Shown here in pieces: positions 10,456 through 20,414 of a stretch of DNA of 64,000 nucleotides (its first letter is position 1; every line of letters begins with the position of its first letter). The stretch is taken from positions 41,450 to 105,449 of the forward strand of contig CALUCE010000005.1 in the NCBI GenBank assembly GCA_943914475.1. Direction: 5' to 3'. The position numbers and the translations under genes were made by a program. The DNA is from an uncultured Anaerococcus sp. Lineage in GTDB: Bacteria; Bacillota; Clostridia; Tissierellales; Peptoniphilaceae. The notes beneath the pieces were generated by a model that made no database searches, was not told the origin of the DNA, and saw only the letters and a program-made list of their open reading frames with translations.

Positions 10456-10734
10456 ATGGATGTTAAATTAAATTTAGATCAATGCGAATCCCAAGCCTTT
10501 GATGGAGATGAAAAAGTTGGTTACTGCCAATACCAAGTCAAAGAAGATAAACTTTGGGATATACAACACACAGTAGTAAACAAGGCCTATGGCGGCAAAG
10601 GACTTGCAGGCAAGCTCCTTGATGCAGTAGTGGATTATGCCAAAGAAAACGAAATAAAACTAATCCCAACCTGCTCCTACGCCAAAAAGAAATTAGACGA
10701 AAATCCTGATAAATATGGAGATGTAGCCTATTAA
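10456..10734 (+). CDS. Small GNAT-fold N-acetyltransferase-like protein (YjdJ-like)
   Basis: 92 aa containing HTVVNKAYGGKGLAGKLLDAVVDYAKENEIKLIPTCSYAKKKL, which resembles the single-domain GNAT family. Confidence 0.55.
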   Translation: MDVKLNLDQCESQAFDGDEKVGYCQYQVKEDKLWDIQHTVVNKAYGGKGLAGKLLDAVVDYAKENEIKLIPTCSYAKKKLDENPDKYGDVAY

Positions 10735-10736
10735 AA

Positions 10737-10767
10737 AATAGTCCCAGCCAGGGACTATTTTTTTGCC
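10737..10767. terminator. Bidirectional Rho-independent terminator
   Basis: AAATAGTCCCagccaGGGACTATTTTTTT. Confidence 0.75.
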
Positions 10768-10772
10768 AACCA

Positions 10773-11039
10773 TTAATGTAGGTCCTTAATAGACATTTTT
10801 TCTATTTCATGGTTTATTTTTATTTTTTCTCTTATTCCAAAATGAATGGCAAGAAGGATTATGGTTGGGATATTGGAAATGAACATGGCTATACTTATTC
10901 CAACAAAAACTTGGACTCCTCCTGCATTTGGATCATAGGCGTATGAGGCCAAAACCGTGAAGAGAGAAAGGATAAAGCTTAATATTGGCAAAATTAAGCC
11001 TAGCTTTTTGCTTTCTCTTTTGGATAAAAACACTTGCAA
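10773..11039 (-). CDS. Small membrane protein (2 TM), downstream partner of the DUF2089-like gene
   Basis: 88 aa with a hydrophobic core, translationally adjacent to 11104..11394. Confidence 0.45.
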   Translation of the reverse strand: MQVFLSKRESKKLGLILPILSFILSLFTVLASYAYDPNAGGVQVFVGISIAMFISNIPTIILLAIHFGIREKIKINHEIEKMSIKDLH

Positions 11040-11103
11040 GCTTATTACTAAGGCAAATATGGCCAGGATAATAAATAAAGATATGATTGTTTTTTCATTT
11101 CTA

Positions 11104-11394
11104 TTACCTTTCTTTTTTGTATTCTTCTATAAGAATTTTTGCTGTTTGAAAATCAAACTTATCATCCAAGGCCAGTCTTTTAACAAGCTGGATGTAGGGT
11201 TCTTTGGCTGTTGACTCACTTATCTCAATTTTCTGGATTAGCTTATCAAGCCTTAGCCTTACTGTTGGATAGGTGACCTCGTAGGTTTTTGCTATTTCTT
11301 TTAGGGAACCTGAAGCTAGGATAAAATTTTTTATAAAATTCAGGTCCTCATCTTCCAGATTTTCCATCCATTCTGGTAAAATTTCTATTCCCAT
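11104..11394 (-). CDS. DUF2089-like small HTH protein
   Basis: 96 aa reading ...LNFIKNFILASGSLKEIAKTYEVTYPTVRLRLDKLIQKI, the pattern of the DUF2089 family. Confidence 0.5.
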   Translation of the reverse strand: MGIEILPEWMENLEDEDLNFIKNFILASGSLKEIAKTYEVTYPTVRLRLDKLIQKIEISESTAKEPYIQLVKRLALDDKFDFQTAKILIEEYKKER

Positions 11395-11597
11395 ATCTAT
11401 CTCCTTTAATTATATTAAGGATACGCCTTAACTTTATTTATGTCAATAACAGATTTTACTTTAATTATATTAAAAATTCCTCTTAAAAAAAGAAATATAC
11501 GCTTGCAATTCTTAGCCACATATAAAAAGATCTACTCAAGCCAAGACCTGGTATTTATGATAGAATATTTTTATAAAGAGGAAAGTGAGTTTATGTA

Positions 11598-12728
11598 ATG
11601 GATAAAAATTTTAAGAGAAAAATATCTATCTTGGCCATTGCCCTGGTCCTAACTTCGACCTATGCAGTGTCAGCCATTGTTACCCATATGGAAAGTGATT
11701 TTGGAATTTCTAGGACTTTTTCTGAAAATCTAATCAGCCTTCCTTCACTTTTTATACTAATAATGACCCTGTTTTCTGAAAGTATCACTAGAAAGATCGG
11801 TATGAGAGCCTGTGTGCTTTTTGGACTTAGCCTGGTATTTCTTTCGGGAATCCTACCTATTATTTTTAAAAGTCTTATATCGGTTGTAAGTTCCAGGGTT
11901 TTTCTGGGCCTAGGAATCGGCTTTTTCTGCTCTCATTCTGCTAACTATATAAATTTTTTCTACAAGGATTATGAAAAAGAAAGGCTCCAAGGTATAAGAA
12001 ATTCTATGGAGTTTACAGGACAAATCCTCCTCCTTCTTATAGCAGGCCTTTTAATCAAGATAAACTGGATCTATTCTTTTGCTATCTACACACTTGCTAT
12101 CCTTATCCTAATTCTTTTTTATAGGAATGTTGAGGATGTAGGTTTTGAAAAAAGCCAGGATAAAATCAGGATAAATTCTAGGGTAGTCTTGTTTATGGCG
12201 ATATCTGCCTTTTGTATTATGGATATAACTGCCATGACCATAAGGTTTGCTCCCATAGCGGAGATGAATCTGGGAGCTAATACAAATGTATCTGCCTATC
12301 TTGCCCTTATTCCCTTGGTTGGTATGGCTTGTGGTTTCTTTTATGGGAAAGTTTATGAACGTTTTAAAAACAATACAGTTATAATTGGACTAGTAATCTA
12401 TACTATTACAAATATAGTAATTTCCTTTTCAGAAAAAAACTTCCCCCTCTTCCTTATATCAACCCTATTAGTTACAATAGCTCAGTCCATGGTCATGCCC
12501 TATATGTTCTCCAACGCATCAAAACTTGTGGACAAGTCTTCTGCAAGATTTGCTACCAATATGATGTTTGTAGCCTGTAACCTGGGTGCCTTTTCCGCAG
12601 CCCTAGTGATAAATTCCTTCTCATCCTTGATTGGGACTAAGTCCTTGAGTTTGGGCTTTTTAATTTTTTCTATCTTCTCTTTTATCTTGTGTCTTCTATT
12701 TAAAAAATTTGCAAGCAAAAAATCCTAG
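11598..12728 (+). CDS. MFS-type transporter
   Basis: 376 aa with about 11-12 TM helices and a good RBS (GAGGAAAGTGAG). Confidence 0.6.
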   Translation: MDKNFKRKISILAIALVLTSTYAVSAIVTHMESDFGISRTFSENLISLPSLFILIMTLFSESITRKIGMRACVLFGLSLVFLSGILPIIFKSLISVVSSRVFLGLGIGFFCSHSANYINFFYKDYEKERLQGIRNSMEFTGQILLLLIAGLLIKINWIYSFAIYTLAILILILFYRNVEDVGFEKSQDKIRINSRVVLFMAISAFCIMDITAMTIRFAPIAEMNLGANTNVSAYLALIPLVGMACGFFYGKVYERFKNNTVIIGLVIYTITNIVISFSEKNFPLFLISTLLVTIAQSMVMPYMFSNASKLVDKSSARFATNMMFVACNLGAFSAALVINSFSSLIGTKSLSLGFLIFSIFSFILCLLFKKFASKKS

Positions 12729-12748
12729 AAAACTCTAGGATTTTTCTT
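12719..12748. terminator. Bidirectional terminator hairpin
   Basis: AATCCTAGaaaactCTAGGATTTTTCTTTT, between the convergent MFS and GntP genes. Confidence 0.6.
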
Positions 12749-14020
12749 TTAGATTAAGTAGATTATTACAGCTACCAGGGTAGATGTTAAACCTACCAAG
12801 GCCTCATATGGTATAAGTTTTAATCTTTGTTTTATGTTCATTTTTACTGATCCACCTGTCGCATGGAAGAAAGATCCATGAGGTAGGGAATCTAGGACTG
12901 TGGCTCCTGCATGAACCATGGCTCCTGCATTTAAACTACTTACATTTGCTTTTATTAAAGATTCAGCAAAGGTACTTGAAGCTATGGTTGCCCCTGCTGT
13001 AGTGGATGCTGTTGCTGCGCCCATTAGGATACCTGAAAGTGGGGCTAGTATAAAGGCTGGTAGATTAAACCTGTCTATTAGATCTAAGATATCTGTTTGT
13101 AGGTTGGAGTTTGTGATTATTCCTGAAAGTGTTCCTGTACCTATCAATAGTGCGCAAACTCCCAAGACTTTTGAAAAGCCATATTTAGAATATTCTGTAA
13201 GGTTTGATAGCTCTCCTGTCGCCAAAAGACAAACTACACCACCCAAAGGTAGGGCTATCAAAGGATCTATGGTAATATCCAAAGTTGGTCTTAAGGCCAA
13301 TAAGATTATAACTACAAGAGGTCCACATATAGCCTTAAAGAATGAAGGCAAGTCTTTTTCACTAAGCTCATCTAAGGCCTGGTCTGTTACATAATCTGTG
13401 GCTTTTTTGGAAAGCTTTATACTTAAAATTACAGTAACTATAAGGGCAAAGATAGCAGGGATTATATTTATATACATAAGTGAATTTAGGTTAAGCCCAA
13501 AGGCTTCACTGGTTGCTATGGTGTTTGGGTTTGGACTTATGATATTTCCTGCCTTACCTCCGCCAATCAAGGCTAAGAGTAGGGCTGACTTACTAAGCTT
13601 GGACTTTTTAGCTACGGCAAGTCCTATTGGAGCTGCTGTGATTACTGCTATATCGATAAATACACCAACTGCACAGATAACCATGGTAGAAACTGCTACT
13701 GCAAAAAGTGCCCTCTTGTCTCCAAGCTTTTTAACAATACTATCTGCAATCTTTTCGGCAGAACCTGTCTTTACCAAACATCCTGCAAGGATTCCTGAAG
13801 TCATAATCCTTAGGACTGGACTCATCATTCCTGCTGATCCAGAAATCATAACCTTTACCGTATCGGCAAGACCTACACCACCTATAAGTCCTCCCACAAG
13901 GGCTCCAAAGATTAGTGAATATGTGGGGTGGAAGTTTTTTACTATCAATATTATAGCTAGGGCAAGGCCTATAAGGGCTCCCCAGGTTGAAATTACTACA
14001 TTTTCCATTATTTCCTCCAT
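12749..14020 (-). CDS. GntP-family permease (gluconate/glycerate:H+ symporter family)
   Basis: 423 aa with typical GntP N-terminal blocks (LIGLALAIILIVKNFHPTYSLIFGALVGGLIGG). It overlaps glycerate kinase by 13 bp. Confidence 0.8.
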   Translation of the reverse strand: MEEIMENVVISTWGALIGLALAIILIVKNFHPTYSLIFGALVGGLIGGVGLADTVKVMISGSAGMMSPVLRIMTSGILAGCLVKTGSAEKIADSIVKKLGDKRALFAVAVSTMVICAVGVFIDIAVITAAPIGLAVAKKSKLSKSALLLALIGGGKAGNIISPNPNTIATSEAFGLNLNSLMYINIIPAIFALIVTVILSIKLSKKATDYVTDQALDELSEKDLPSFFKAICGPLVVIILLALRPTLDITIDPLIALPLGGVVCLLATGELSNLTEYSKYGFSKVLGVCALLIGTGTLSGIITNSNLQTDILDLIDRFNLPAFILAPLSGILMGAATASTTAGATIASSTFAESLIKANVSSLNAGAMVHAGATVLDSLPHGSFFHATGGSVKMNIKQRLKLIPYEALVGLTSTLVAVIIYLI

Positions 14021-15147
14021 AGGTTAATAAGATTTATGACCTGGCTTACAGACCTTTGTAGGTTTTCCTTGGCCACTTCCTTGCTTAAGGCTTGGTCCAA
14101 GGGTCTAAGCTGGTCTATGATTGGGAAGAAGGCATCTATACCTTCCTTGTTTACAGCCACTGCATCATTGTCCACAACTCCTGCAAAGGCTAGGACTTTT
14201 TTACCATGCTTTTTGGCAAGTTTGGCTACCCCTACTGGAGTCTTGCCCATGGATGTTTGAAAGTCCATCTTACCTTCTCCTGTTATAACAAGATCTGCTT
14301 CTTTTATATATTTTTCTGCTTCTATCTTATCAAGTATTAGCTTGATGCCTGATTCTAAGGTCGCTCCTAGATAGTTTTTAAAGGCATAGCCCAAGCCTCC
14401 AGCTGCTCCTACTCCTGGATAGGTTGAGTCAGGATCCTCTAGAATATTTTTTGTAAGCTGGTGGTATTTTTCTAGGTACTTATCTATTTCTTTTACTTGA
14501 TTTTCATCTGCTCCTTTTTGAGGACCGTAGACATGGGCTGCTCCTCTTTGACCGCACAAAGGATTGTCCACATCACAGGCTATGGAAAACTTAGCTTCAA
14601 AAACTCTAGGATCGACACCAGATTTTTCTATCTTAGAAAGTTTTTCCACACCTATAATTCCTTTTGGGATCTCTTGTCCCTTCTCATCTAAGAACTTATA
14701 GCCCAAGGCCTCAAGCATGCCTATGCCGCCGTCATTGGTGGCAGAGCCTCCTATGCCTATGATAAAATCTCTGGCTCCCTTATCAAGGGCATGGATTATC
14801 ATTTGGCCCAGACCATAAGTCGTTGCCTCCATGGGACTTAGCCTGTCTTCTATGAGGGTAAGGCCAGAACATTCTGACATTTCCATTATGGCAAGCTTTT
14901 CTTCTTGGGAAAAAGCATATCTTGCTTCTATATCTTCCATCAAAGGATTTTTCACTTTAACCCTTACTTCATCAAGCCCAGCTAGGCTAGTCATAGCATC
15001 TAGGGTTCCTTCTCCCCCATCTCCTATGGGTAGGACCCTTACTTGGTCATCCTTGTTTATATTTTCTATAGTTTCCTTTATTATGGACCCTGCCTCAAAG
15101 GATGAAAGCGAGCCCTTAAAGGAATCAATCATAACTAATATCTTCAT
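14008..15147 (-). CDS. glxK: Glycerate kinase (GlxK/GarK family)
   Basis: 379 aa reading MKILVMIDSFKGSLSSFEAGSIIKE...GGGSATNDGGIGMLEALG...ITGEGKMDFQTSMGKTPVGVAKLA. Confidence 0.88.
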   Translation of the reverse strand: MKILVMIDSFKGSLSSFEAGSIIKETIENINKDDQVRVLPIGDGGEGTLDAMTSLAGLDEVRVKVKNPLMEDIEARYAFSQEEKLAIMEMSECSGLTLIEDRLSPMEATTYGLGQMIIHALDKGARDFIIGIGGSATNDGGIGMLEALGYKFLDEKGQEIPKGIIGVEKLSKIEKSGVDPRVFEAKFSIACDVDNPLCGQRGAAHVYGPQKGADENQVKEIDKYLEKYHQLTKNILEDPDSTYPGVGAAGGLGYAFKNYLGATLESGIKLILDKIEAEKYIKEADLVITGEGKMDFQTSMGKTPVGVAKLAKKHGKKVLAFAGVVDNDAVAVNKEGIDAFFPIIDQLRPLDQALSKEVAKENLQRSVSQVINLINLWRK

Positions 15148-15159
15148 AAGACCTCCATT

Positions 15160-16113
15160 TTATACTTGGTTAATAAGCTTGCCTTGTAAAAAAGACCTAA
15201 AGTTTTCTACAGCTTGGTCCAAAAGTCTCTTCCTACTTTCGTAAGGAGCCCGAGCCAAGTGGTGTGTAATAATACAGTTATCAAACTTATACAAGGGATT
15301 GTCTACTCCTGGTGGCTCTGGGTCAAGAACATCAAGACCTGCCCCAGCTATCAATCCCTCTTCCAAGGCCCAGGCAAGGTCGTCTTCCTTTACCAAGCCT
15401 CCCCTGGAATTATTGATAAGGATGGGTTTTCTTTCCATCTTTTTAATATTTTCCTTATTAATTATCCCCCTATTTTCTTCGGTTAAATTACAGTGAAGGC
15501 AGATCACATCGGACTTTTTAAAAATTTCATCAAGGTCCACATACTTATAGCCTTGGTCAATTTTTTCCTGGCTCTTGCTTGGATTGTTGGCAAGTACTTC
15601 CATACCAAAAGCTCTGGCTATTTGGCCAGTTTTTTGACCTATTCTCCCAAAGCCTATAATGCCCATAGTTTTTCCTGCAAGCTCTGTTAAGGGATAGTCC
15701 CAAAAGGTCCAATCCTTATTCTTGGCCCATCTTCCTTTTTTGACTTCCAAATCGTGGTGACCGACCCTGGTTGTAAGCTCTAGCAAGAGTGCAAAGGCAT
15801 GCTGGGCAACAGAATCCGTCCCATAGCTTGGGATATTTGTTACTACAATGCCTGATTTTTTTGCATAGTCCACGTCTATATTATTGTAACCTGTGGCAAG
15901 TTCTCCTATATATTTTAAATTTTTATTGGCATCCATTATTTCCTTGGAAATATGTACTTTATTTACAAAGATTGCCTCTGCATCTTTAATGCGAGATTTT
16001 ACTTGGTCCTCATCACTTCTATCATAAATGTCTAGGGAGCCAAATTCTCTTAGGCCATCCCAGGATAGGTCTCCTGGATTTAGGCTATATCCATCCAATA
16101 CTACTATTTTCAT
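15160..16113 (-). CDS. D-isomer-specific 2-hydroxyacid dehydrogenase (glycerate dehydrogenase / hydroxypyruvate reductase-like)
   Basis: 317 aa with an NAD-binding GIIGFGRIGQ motif and the catalytic R/E/H triad context (NSRGGLV, HHLARAP). Confidence 0.85.
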   Translation of the reverse strand: MKIVVLDGYSLNPGDLSWDGLREFGSLDIYDRSDEDQVKSRIKDAEAIFVNKVHISKEIMDANKNLKYIGELATGYNNIDVDYAKKSGIVVTNIPSYGTDSVAQHAFALLLELTTRVGHHDLEVKKGRWAKNKDWTFWDYPLTELAGKTMGIIGFGRIGQKTGQIARAFGMEVLANNPSKSQEKIDQGYKYVDLDEIFKKSDVICLHCNLTEENRGIINKENIKKMERKPILINNSRGGLVKEDDLAWALEEGLIAGAGLDVLDPEPPGVDNPLYKFDNCIITHHLARAPYESRKRLLDQAVENFRSFLQGKLINQV

Positions 16114-16194
16114 GAAACCTCCTTTGTATAATATATACCACCAAGCCTATGAAAATTAATCTCAAACTTTTTTATCTCTTAAATAATAAAGAAT

Positions 16195-16237
16195 AAAAAA
16201 GACTATTGCCATATTTTTGACAATAGTCTACTTTAAT
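16195..16237 (-). terminator. Rho-independent terminator of glnN
   Basis: On the minus strand the hairpin AGACTATTGtcaaaaatatggCAATAGTCT is followed by TTTTTTATT. Confidence 0.7.
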
Positions 16238-18307
16238 TTATAAAGATTTTAACATTTCTTGGTAGGTTGGTAGGGAGAAGTTTCTTTTTGATATTATTTT
16301 TTCCATCTCATCAGCCAAAACCCTTACTGCACTGATAAGGTCCCTGGTCTTTTTTTGGATATAGATGGCTCTTTGGGTCAAATCTTCCATGGCTTGGGCC
16401 TTGGCTAAAATTGGATCTATTTCCTCTTCATAGCTTAAGATTTGCTCAAGTCCTTGGTTTATTTCTTGAGCCTTGGCTTCTAGTTGTTTATTTGGCATAA
16501 AGGCTAGGTACTTGGACAAGTCTTCCATCTCCTTGATGGCTGAAGAAACCAAATCTTGATCCAAGAGATTTTTTAAAGTCTTAAGTTGGATACTAGCATA
16601 GTCTACAATTTCTTTTATCTTTATGGAATGAATAGCCCCAATTTCTGTTCTACTAAAGATCTCCTCTCTTTCATAGAGGTCATAGGCATCGGATTTTTCT
16701 GCATCTATAAGTCCATCAAGAAGGCTTGGTAGGTTTTTAAGCCCCCTATTTTCTGCCTCTTTAACCCAGTCTTCAGAGTAACCATCTCCTGAGAAGAGAA
16801 TTTTAGCATGGTCTAGGTAGATTTTTCTTATAATTTCATTTACCTTGGCATCTAGGTCTTCTTCCCTGGTATTTTCCAAGACATCTGCCATCTTTCTGAA
16901 GGATTCTGCAAGGCCTAGGTTTATTAAAATATTTAGGTCTGCAGCAGAATTTGAAGAACCCAGCATCCTAAATTCAAACTTGTTTCCTGTATAGGCTATA
17001 GGGCTGGTCCTGTTTCTATCGGAAGAATCTGTCAAGATATCTCCCATATTTGGAACCTTTAGCTTGTTTATAACCTCGTGGAAGGTGTAGTCTTCATAGG
17101 CTATGGACTTTAGGGTTTCTTCTAGGTTTTGCCCTAAGAATATGGATATGATAGAAGGTGGAGCTTCGCTTCCTCCAAGCCTATAGTCATTGGTTACAGA
17201 AGATGAGGCTATCCTTATAAGGTTTTGGTATTTGTGGCAAGTTTCTATCATGGCTCCTATGGAAAGCATGAAAATTTGCTTATGGCCCTTGGTCTTTCCT
17301 TGGGAGAAAAAGTTTAGGCCATAGTTGGTTACCAAGGAATAGTTGTTGTGCTTACCTGAACCATTTATTCCCTTGAAAGGTTTTTCCTTTAATAGGCAGA
17401 CCATATCATGTTTGAGGGCTGTTCTTTGCAAGATATGCATCAAAAGTTGGTTGTAGTCTATAGATATATTGCAGTTTTCAAAGGTTGTTGCTATTTCAAA
17501 TTGGTTGGGAGCTGCCTCATTGTGTTGGGCCTCAACATAGATACCCAGGTCAAAAAAGGTCTTGTTAAGGTCTTTAAAGAAGGCATCTACCCTTTCTGGT
17601 ATGGAGCCCAAGTAGTGGCCCAAGATTTCTTGTTCTATAAGGTCATCTGACCCAATCATGGTCATGCCTGTATTGATTAGGTCAACTCTCTTGTCAAAAT
17701 ATTTCTTTTCAATAAGGAAGAATTCTTGCTCAAGACCAAGTTTAGGTCTTACCCTATAGGTGTGTTGGTCCTTGGCAAAAATATTGGCTATCCTAGTAGC
17801 CTCCTTGCTTACTATATTCATAGATTCCAAAACTGGAAATTTCTTATCTAGCTTTTCTCCTCTATAGGATACAAAAACTGAAGGAATATACAAGACCTCA
17901 TCCAGGATAAAGGAATTGGAGGTAAGGTCCCAGTAGGTGTAGCCTCTAGCTTCAAAGGTAGATCTCATTCCACCATTGGGAAAAGATGAAGCATCTGGCT
18001 CTCCCTTGATAAGTTCCTTTCCAGAAAACCTATTTATAGGATTATTCTTTGTATCTCTTTTTAGAAAATTAAGCCTTTTGTTGGCTGTAAGTCCATTTAA
18101 GGGTTGGAACCAATGGGTGTAGGAAGTGGCTCCATTTCTAAGTGCCCATTCTTTCATACCATGGGCTATGGAATCTGCTGTTTCTAGGTCAAGTGGAAGG
18201 TTGTTTCTTGCTGCTTCCTTCCATTTTATGTAGATAGGATAGGGCAGGTTTTCTTTCATGGCTCTTTTATTAAAGGAAAGCCTACCGAAGTCTTTTAAGT
18301 CTTTCAT
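16238..18307 (-). CDS. glnN: Glutamine synthetase type III (GlnN)
   Basis: 689 aa with the GSIII-length architecture. The N-terminus reads ...PIYIKWKEAARNNLPLDLETADSIAHGMKEWALRNGATSYTHWFQPL and a central GS catalytic domain is present. Confidence 0.85.
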   Translation of the reverse strand: MKDLKDFGRLSFNKRAMKENLPYPIYIKWKEAARNNLPLDLETADSIAHGMKEWALRNGATSYTHWFQPLNGLTANKRLNFLKRDTKNNPINRFSGKELIKGEPDASSFPNGGMRSTFEARGYTYWDLTSNSFILDEVLYIPSVFVSYRGEKLDKKFPVLESMNIVSKEATRIANIFAKDQHTYRVRPKLGLEQEFFLIEKKYFDKRVDLINTGMTMIGSDDLIEQEILGHYLGSIPERVDAFFKDLNKTFFDLGIYVEAQHNEAAPNQFEIATTFENCNISIDYNQLLMHILQRTALKHDMVCLLKEKPFKGINGSGKHNNYSLVTNYGLNFFSQGKTKGHKQIFMLSIGAMIETCHKYQNLIRIASSSVTNDYRLGGSEAPPSIISIFLGQNLEETLKSIAYEDYTFHEVINKLKVPNMGDILTDSSDRNRTSPIAYTGNKFEFRMLGSSNSAADLNILINLGLAESFRKMADVLENTREEDLDAKVNEIIRKIYLDHAKILFSGDGYSEDWVKEAENRGLKNLPSLLDGLIDAEKSDAYDLYEREEIFSRTEIGAIHSIKIKEIVDYASIQLKTLKNLLDQDLVSSAIKEMEDLSKYLAFMPNKQLEAKAQEINQGLEQILSYEEEIDPILAKAQAMEDLTQRAIYIQKKTRDLISAVRVLADEMEKIISKRNFSLPTYQEMLKSL

Positions 18308-18471
18308 ATTTTACTCCTAAGTTTTTGCATAATTTCGTTTTTTATTATACTCGCCCTGGTAAAGCTTGTAAATTTCATCTTTGTTATATATAATTTCCCA
18401 GCAAAAGGGTATATACTATGTATACGAAAAAATTTACAAGTAAATAATAATTTATATATAGAGGTGACTTT

Positions 18472-19065
18472 ATGAGAATACTAAGGATACTAGACGTAGA
18501 AAGTTGGTTAGATGATTACGACTTCTACAGAGACTTTAAAGAATCAGACTACTATGGACTTTTACTAGAAACCTATAAAAATTTAAATACAGATATCTTG
18601 TTTGCTTCCCAAATCCACGGCCAAGGCCATATAGAAAGGGTTATATTTTATGCCATGGTTCTAGCCTGGAAATACGATCTTGATAGGGCTGATACAGATA
18701 TTTTAAGATATGCAGCAAGCCTACACGATACCAGAAGGGAAAATGATGGCTATGATACAGAACACGGTCACAGGGCTGCTATAGAATCAACCAAGTATGC
18801 CTATGACCTATCCGATGATGATAAGGAAATCCTAAAGGGAATTATGGCTGCCCACTCTAGGCATGATGGCAAGATGGAAGAATCCCTCAAAGAATTCGAT
18901 ATCAAGGACTATGACAGGGCCCTAAGGCTTGCCAAGCTCTTTAAGGATTCTGATGGCCTTGACAGGGTAAGGCTTGGCGACCTTAAGACCAAGTTTTTGA
19001 GAAATGATTTCTCCCACCAGCTAGTGGACTTTGCTCAAGACCTCTTTGATGCTTATAATAAGTAG
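18472..19065 (+). CDS. HD-domain phosphohydrolase
   Basis: 197 aa with the HD motif (HGQGHIERV...LHDTRR). Confidence 0.7.
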   Translation: MRILRILDVESWLDDYDFYRDFKESDYYGLLLETYKNLNTDILFASQIHGQGHIERVIFYAMVLAWKYDLDRADTDILRYAASLHDTRRENDGYDTEHGHRAAIESTKYAYDLSDDDKEILKGIMAAHSRHDGKMEESLKEFDIKDYDRALRLAKLFKDSDGLDRVRLGDLKTKFLRNDFSHQLVDFAQDLFDAYNK

Positions 19066-19073
19066 TTTTTAAG

Positions 19074-19112
19074 AAAGCTTTAGTTATATTTATGTAGCTA
19101 AAGCTTTTTTCA
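19074..19112 (+). terminator. Rho-independent terminator
   Basis: AAAGCTTTAGttatatttatgtagCTAAAGCTTTTTTCAT. Confidence 0.7.
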
Positions 19113-19276
19113 TATTTTAAACACAATCTATGTGTATACTTCTAACGTGGCAGGAATTGTTACATCTTTGTAACCTTGGTAACAATCTTGCCTATTATAA
19201 TGGAATTTTTGTAACAATATTTACATATTATATATTACGGCTAATAATAAAGGCCAAGGAAAGGAAGTTTACACAT

Positions 19277-20365
19277 ATGAAAAATATAAGGAAGTATGCT
19301 CTATCACTTGCGCTTCTTGCTCCCTCTATCTTTAGTCTTGGAATGAAAAAATCTGAGGCAGCCAGGGCAATCAAAAACTCTGACAAGGCTCAAGTAATAA
19401 GCGTTAGAAAAGAAGCTCACGAAGATAGTGATGTTCTAGGAAAAATAAAGGATAAGACTGAATACAAGATTACAGGAGCCAAAGACTCTTGGTTAGAAAT
19501 AGATTTTGAAGGCGAAAAAGGCTTTGTTCACTCCTATTGGTTTGACCAAGTAGAAGATACAAAAACTCTAAGCCCTGCAAACTTTAGGCAAAAGCCATCT
19601 CTTGACTCTAAAGTTTTCAAGGTACTTAAGGGTGGAGAAAAAGTAACTGTTCTTGATATAAAAGACAATGGCTTTGTTAAGGTTAAGTATAAGGGAAAGA
19701 CAGGCTACATAAGCCTTGATCTTTTGGAAATCTACAGGGATATCCTACAAGCCCAAGCTGATCTTATCAACAACCAAGCCCAAGTTAGACAATCAACAAG
19801 AACTCACCAAGCTAACAACTACCAAGCACCAAGAAGAAGCTACAATTCTTATTCTCAAGGATACAGTCCAAAGGTTAAGACAAGTTCAGGAAAGATAGTT
19901 TCAGCTTCAACCACAGGAATATATTCTTTTGCTTCCCAATTTGTTGGAAACAGATATGTTTGGGGTGGAAACTCTCTAACCAACGGAACAGACTGTTCAG
20001 GCTTTACCCAATCAGTATATTCTGAATATGGGGTAAAACTACCACACAATGCCCAAGCTCAATACGCCTATGGTAAGAATGTTGGAATCAATGACGCCAA
20101 AGAAGGAGACCTAGTTTTCTATGGCTCTAGCTCAAACAATATTACCCACGTAGCCATAGCTAATGGTAAGGGTGGTATAGTTCACGCAGCCAACCCATCC
20201 AAGGGTATAGTAACAGGATCCATAGGAAAACCACTTGGTATAAAAAGAGTTGCAGAAGAAAAAAAGGCTGAGAAAAAAGCCCAAGCTCCAAAAGAAAACC
20301 AAACTCCACCAAGCCAAACATCTACAAGCGAAAGTGCAGAAACTCCTGCAAGCGACAACGAATAA
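19277..20365 (+). CDS. Secreted SH3b-SH3b-NlpC/P60 cell-wall peptidase
   Basis: The signal peptide is MKNIRKYALSLALLAPSIFSLG. Two SH3b-like repeats are followed by a C-terminal NlpC/P60 domain with the Cys-His-His catalytic set (DCSGFTQSVY...ITHVAIANGKGGIVHA) and a K/E/P-rich tail. The track ORF starts at 19130, but I prefer the ATG at 19277, which gives the signal peptide. Confidence 0.8.
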   Translation: MKNIRKYALSLALLAPSIFSLGMKKSEAARAIKNSDKAQVISVRKEAHEDSDVLGKIKDKTEYKITGAKDSWLEIDFEGEKGFVHSYWFDQVEDTKTLSPANFRQKPSLDSKVFKVLKGGEKVTVLDIKDNGFVKVKYKGKTGYISLDLLEIYRDILQAQADLINNQAQVRQSTRTHQANNYQAPRRSYNSYSQGYSPKVKTSSGKIVSASTTGIYSFASQFVGNRYVWGGNSLTNGTDCSGFTQSVYSEYGVKLPHNAQAQYAYGKNVGINDAKEGDLVFYGSSSNNITHVAIANGKGGIVHAANPSKGIVTGSIGKPLGIKRVAEEKKAEKKAQAPKENQTPPSQTSTSESAETPASDNE

Positions 20366-20374
20366 TAAAGATAT

Positions 20375-20410
20375 AAAACTCCTCCTAGAATTTTCTAGAA
20401 GGAGTTTTTT
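20375..20410. terminator. Bidirectional terminator
   Basis: AAAACTCCTCCTAGAAttTTCTAGAAGGAGTTTTTT. Confidence 0.75.
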
Positions 20411-20414
20411 CTAT

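Noticed and set aside
12918-14027. Plus-strand ORFs of 158 and 209 aa
   Set aside because: They are antisense to the GntP permease gene and have proline/alanine-rich translations typical of reverse-strand artefacts.
18308-18471. GlnR/TnrA box (TGTNA-N7-TNACA) upstream of glnN
   Set aside because: No 17-bp match could be aligned. Only the long-range inverted repeat was found, so I have not annotated a GlnR site.
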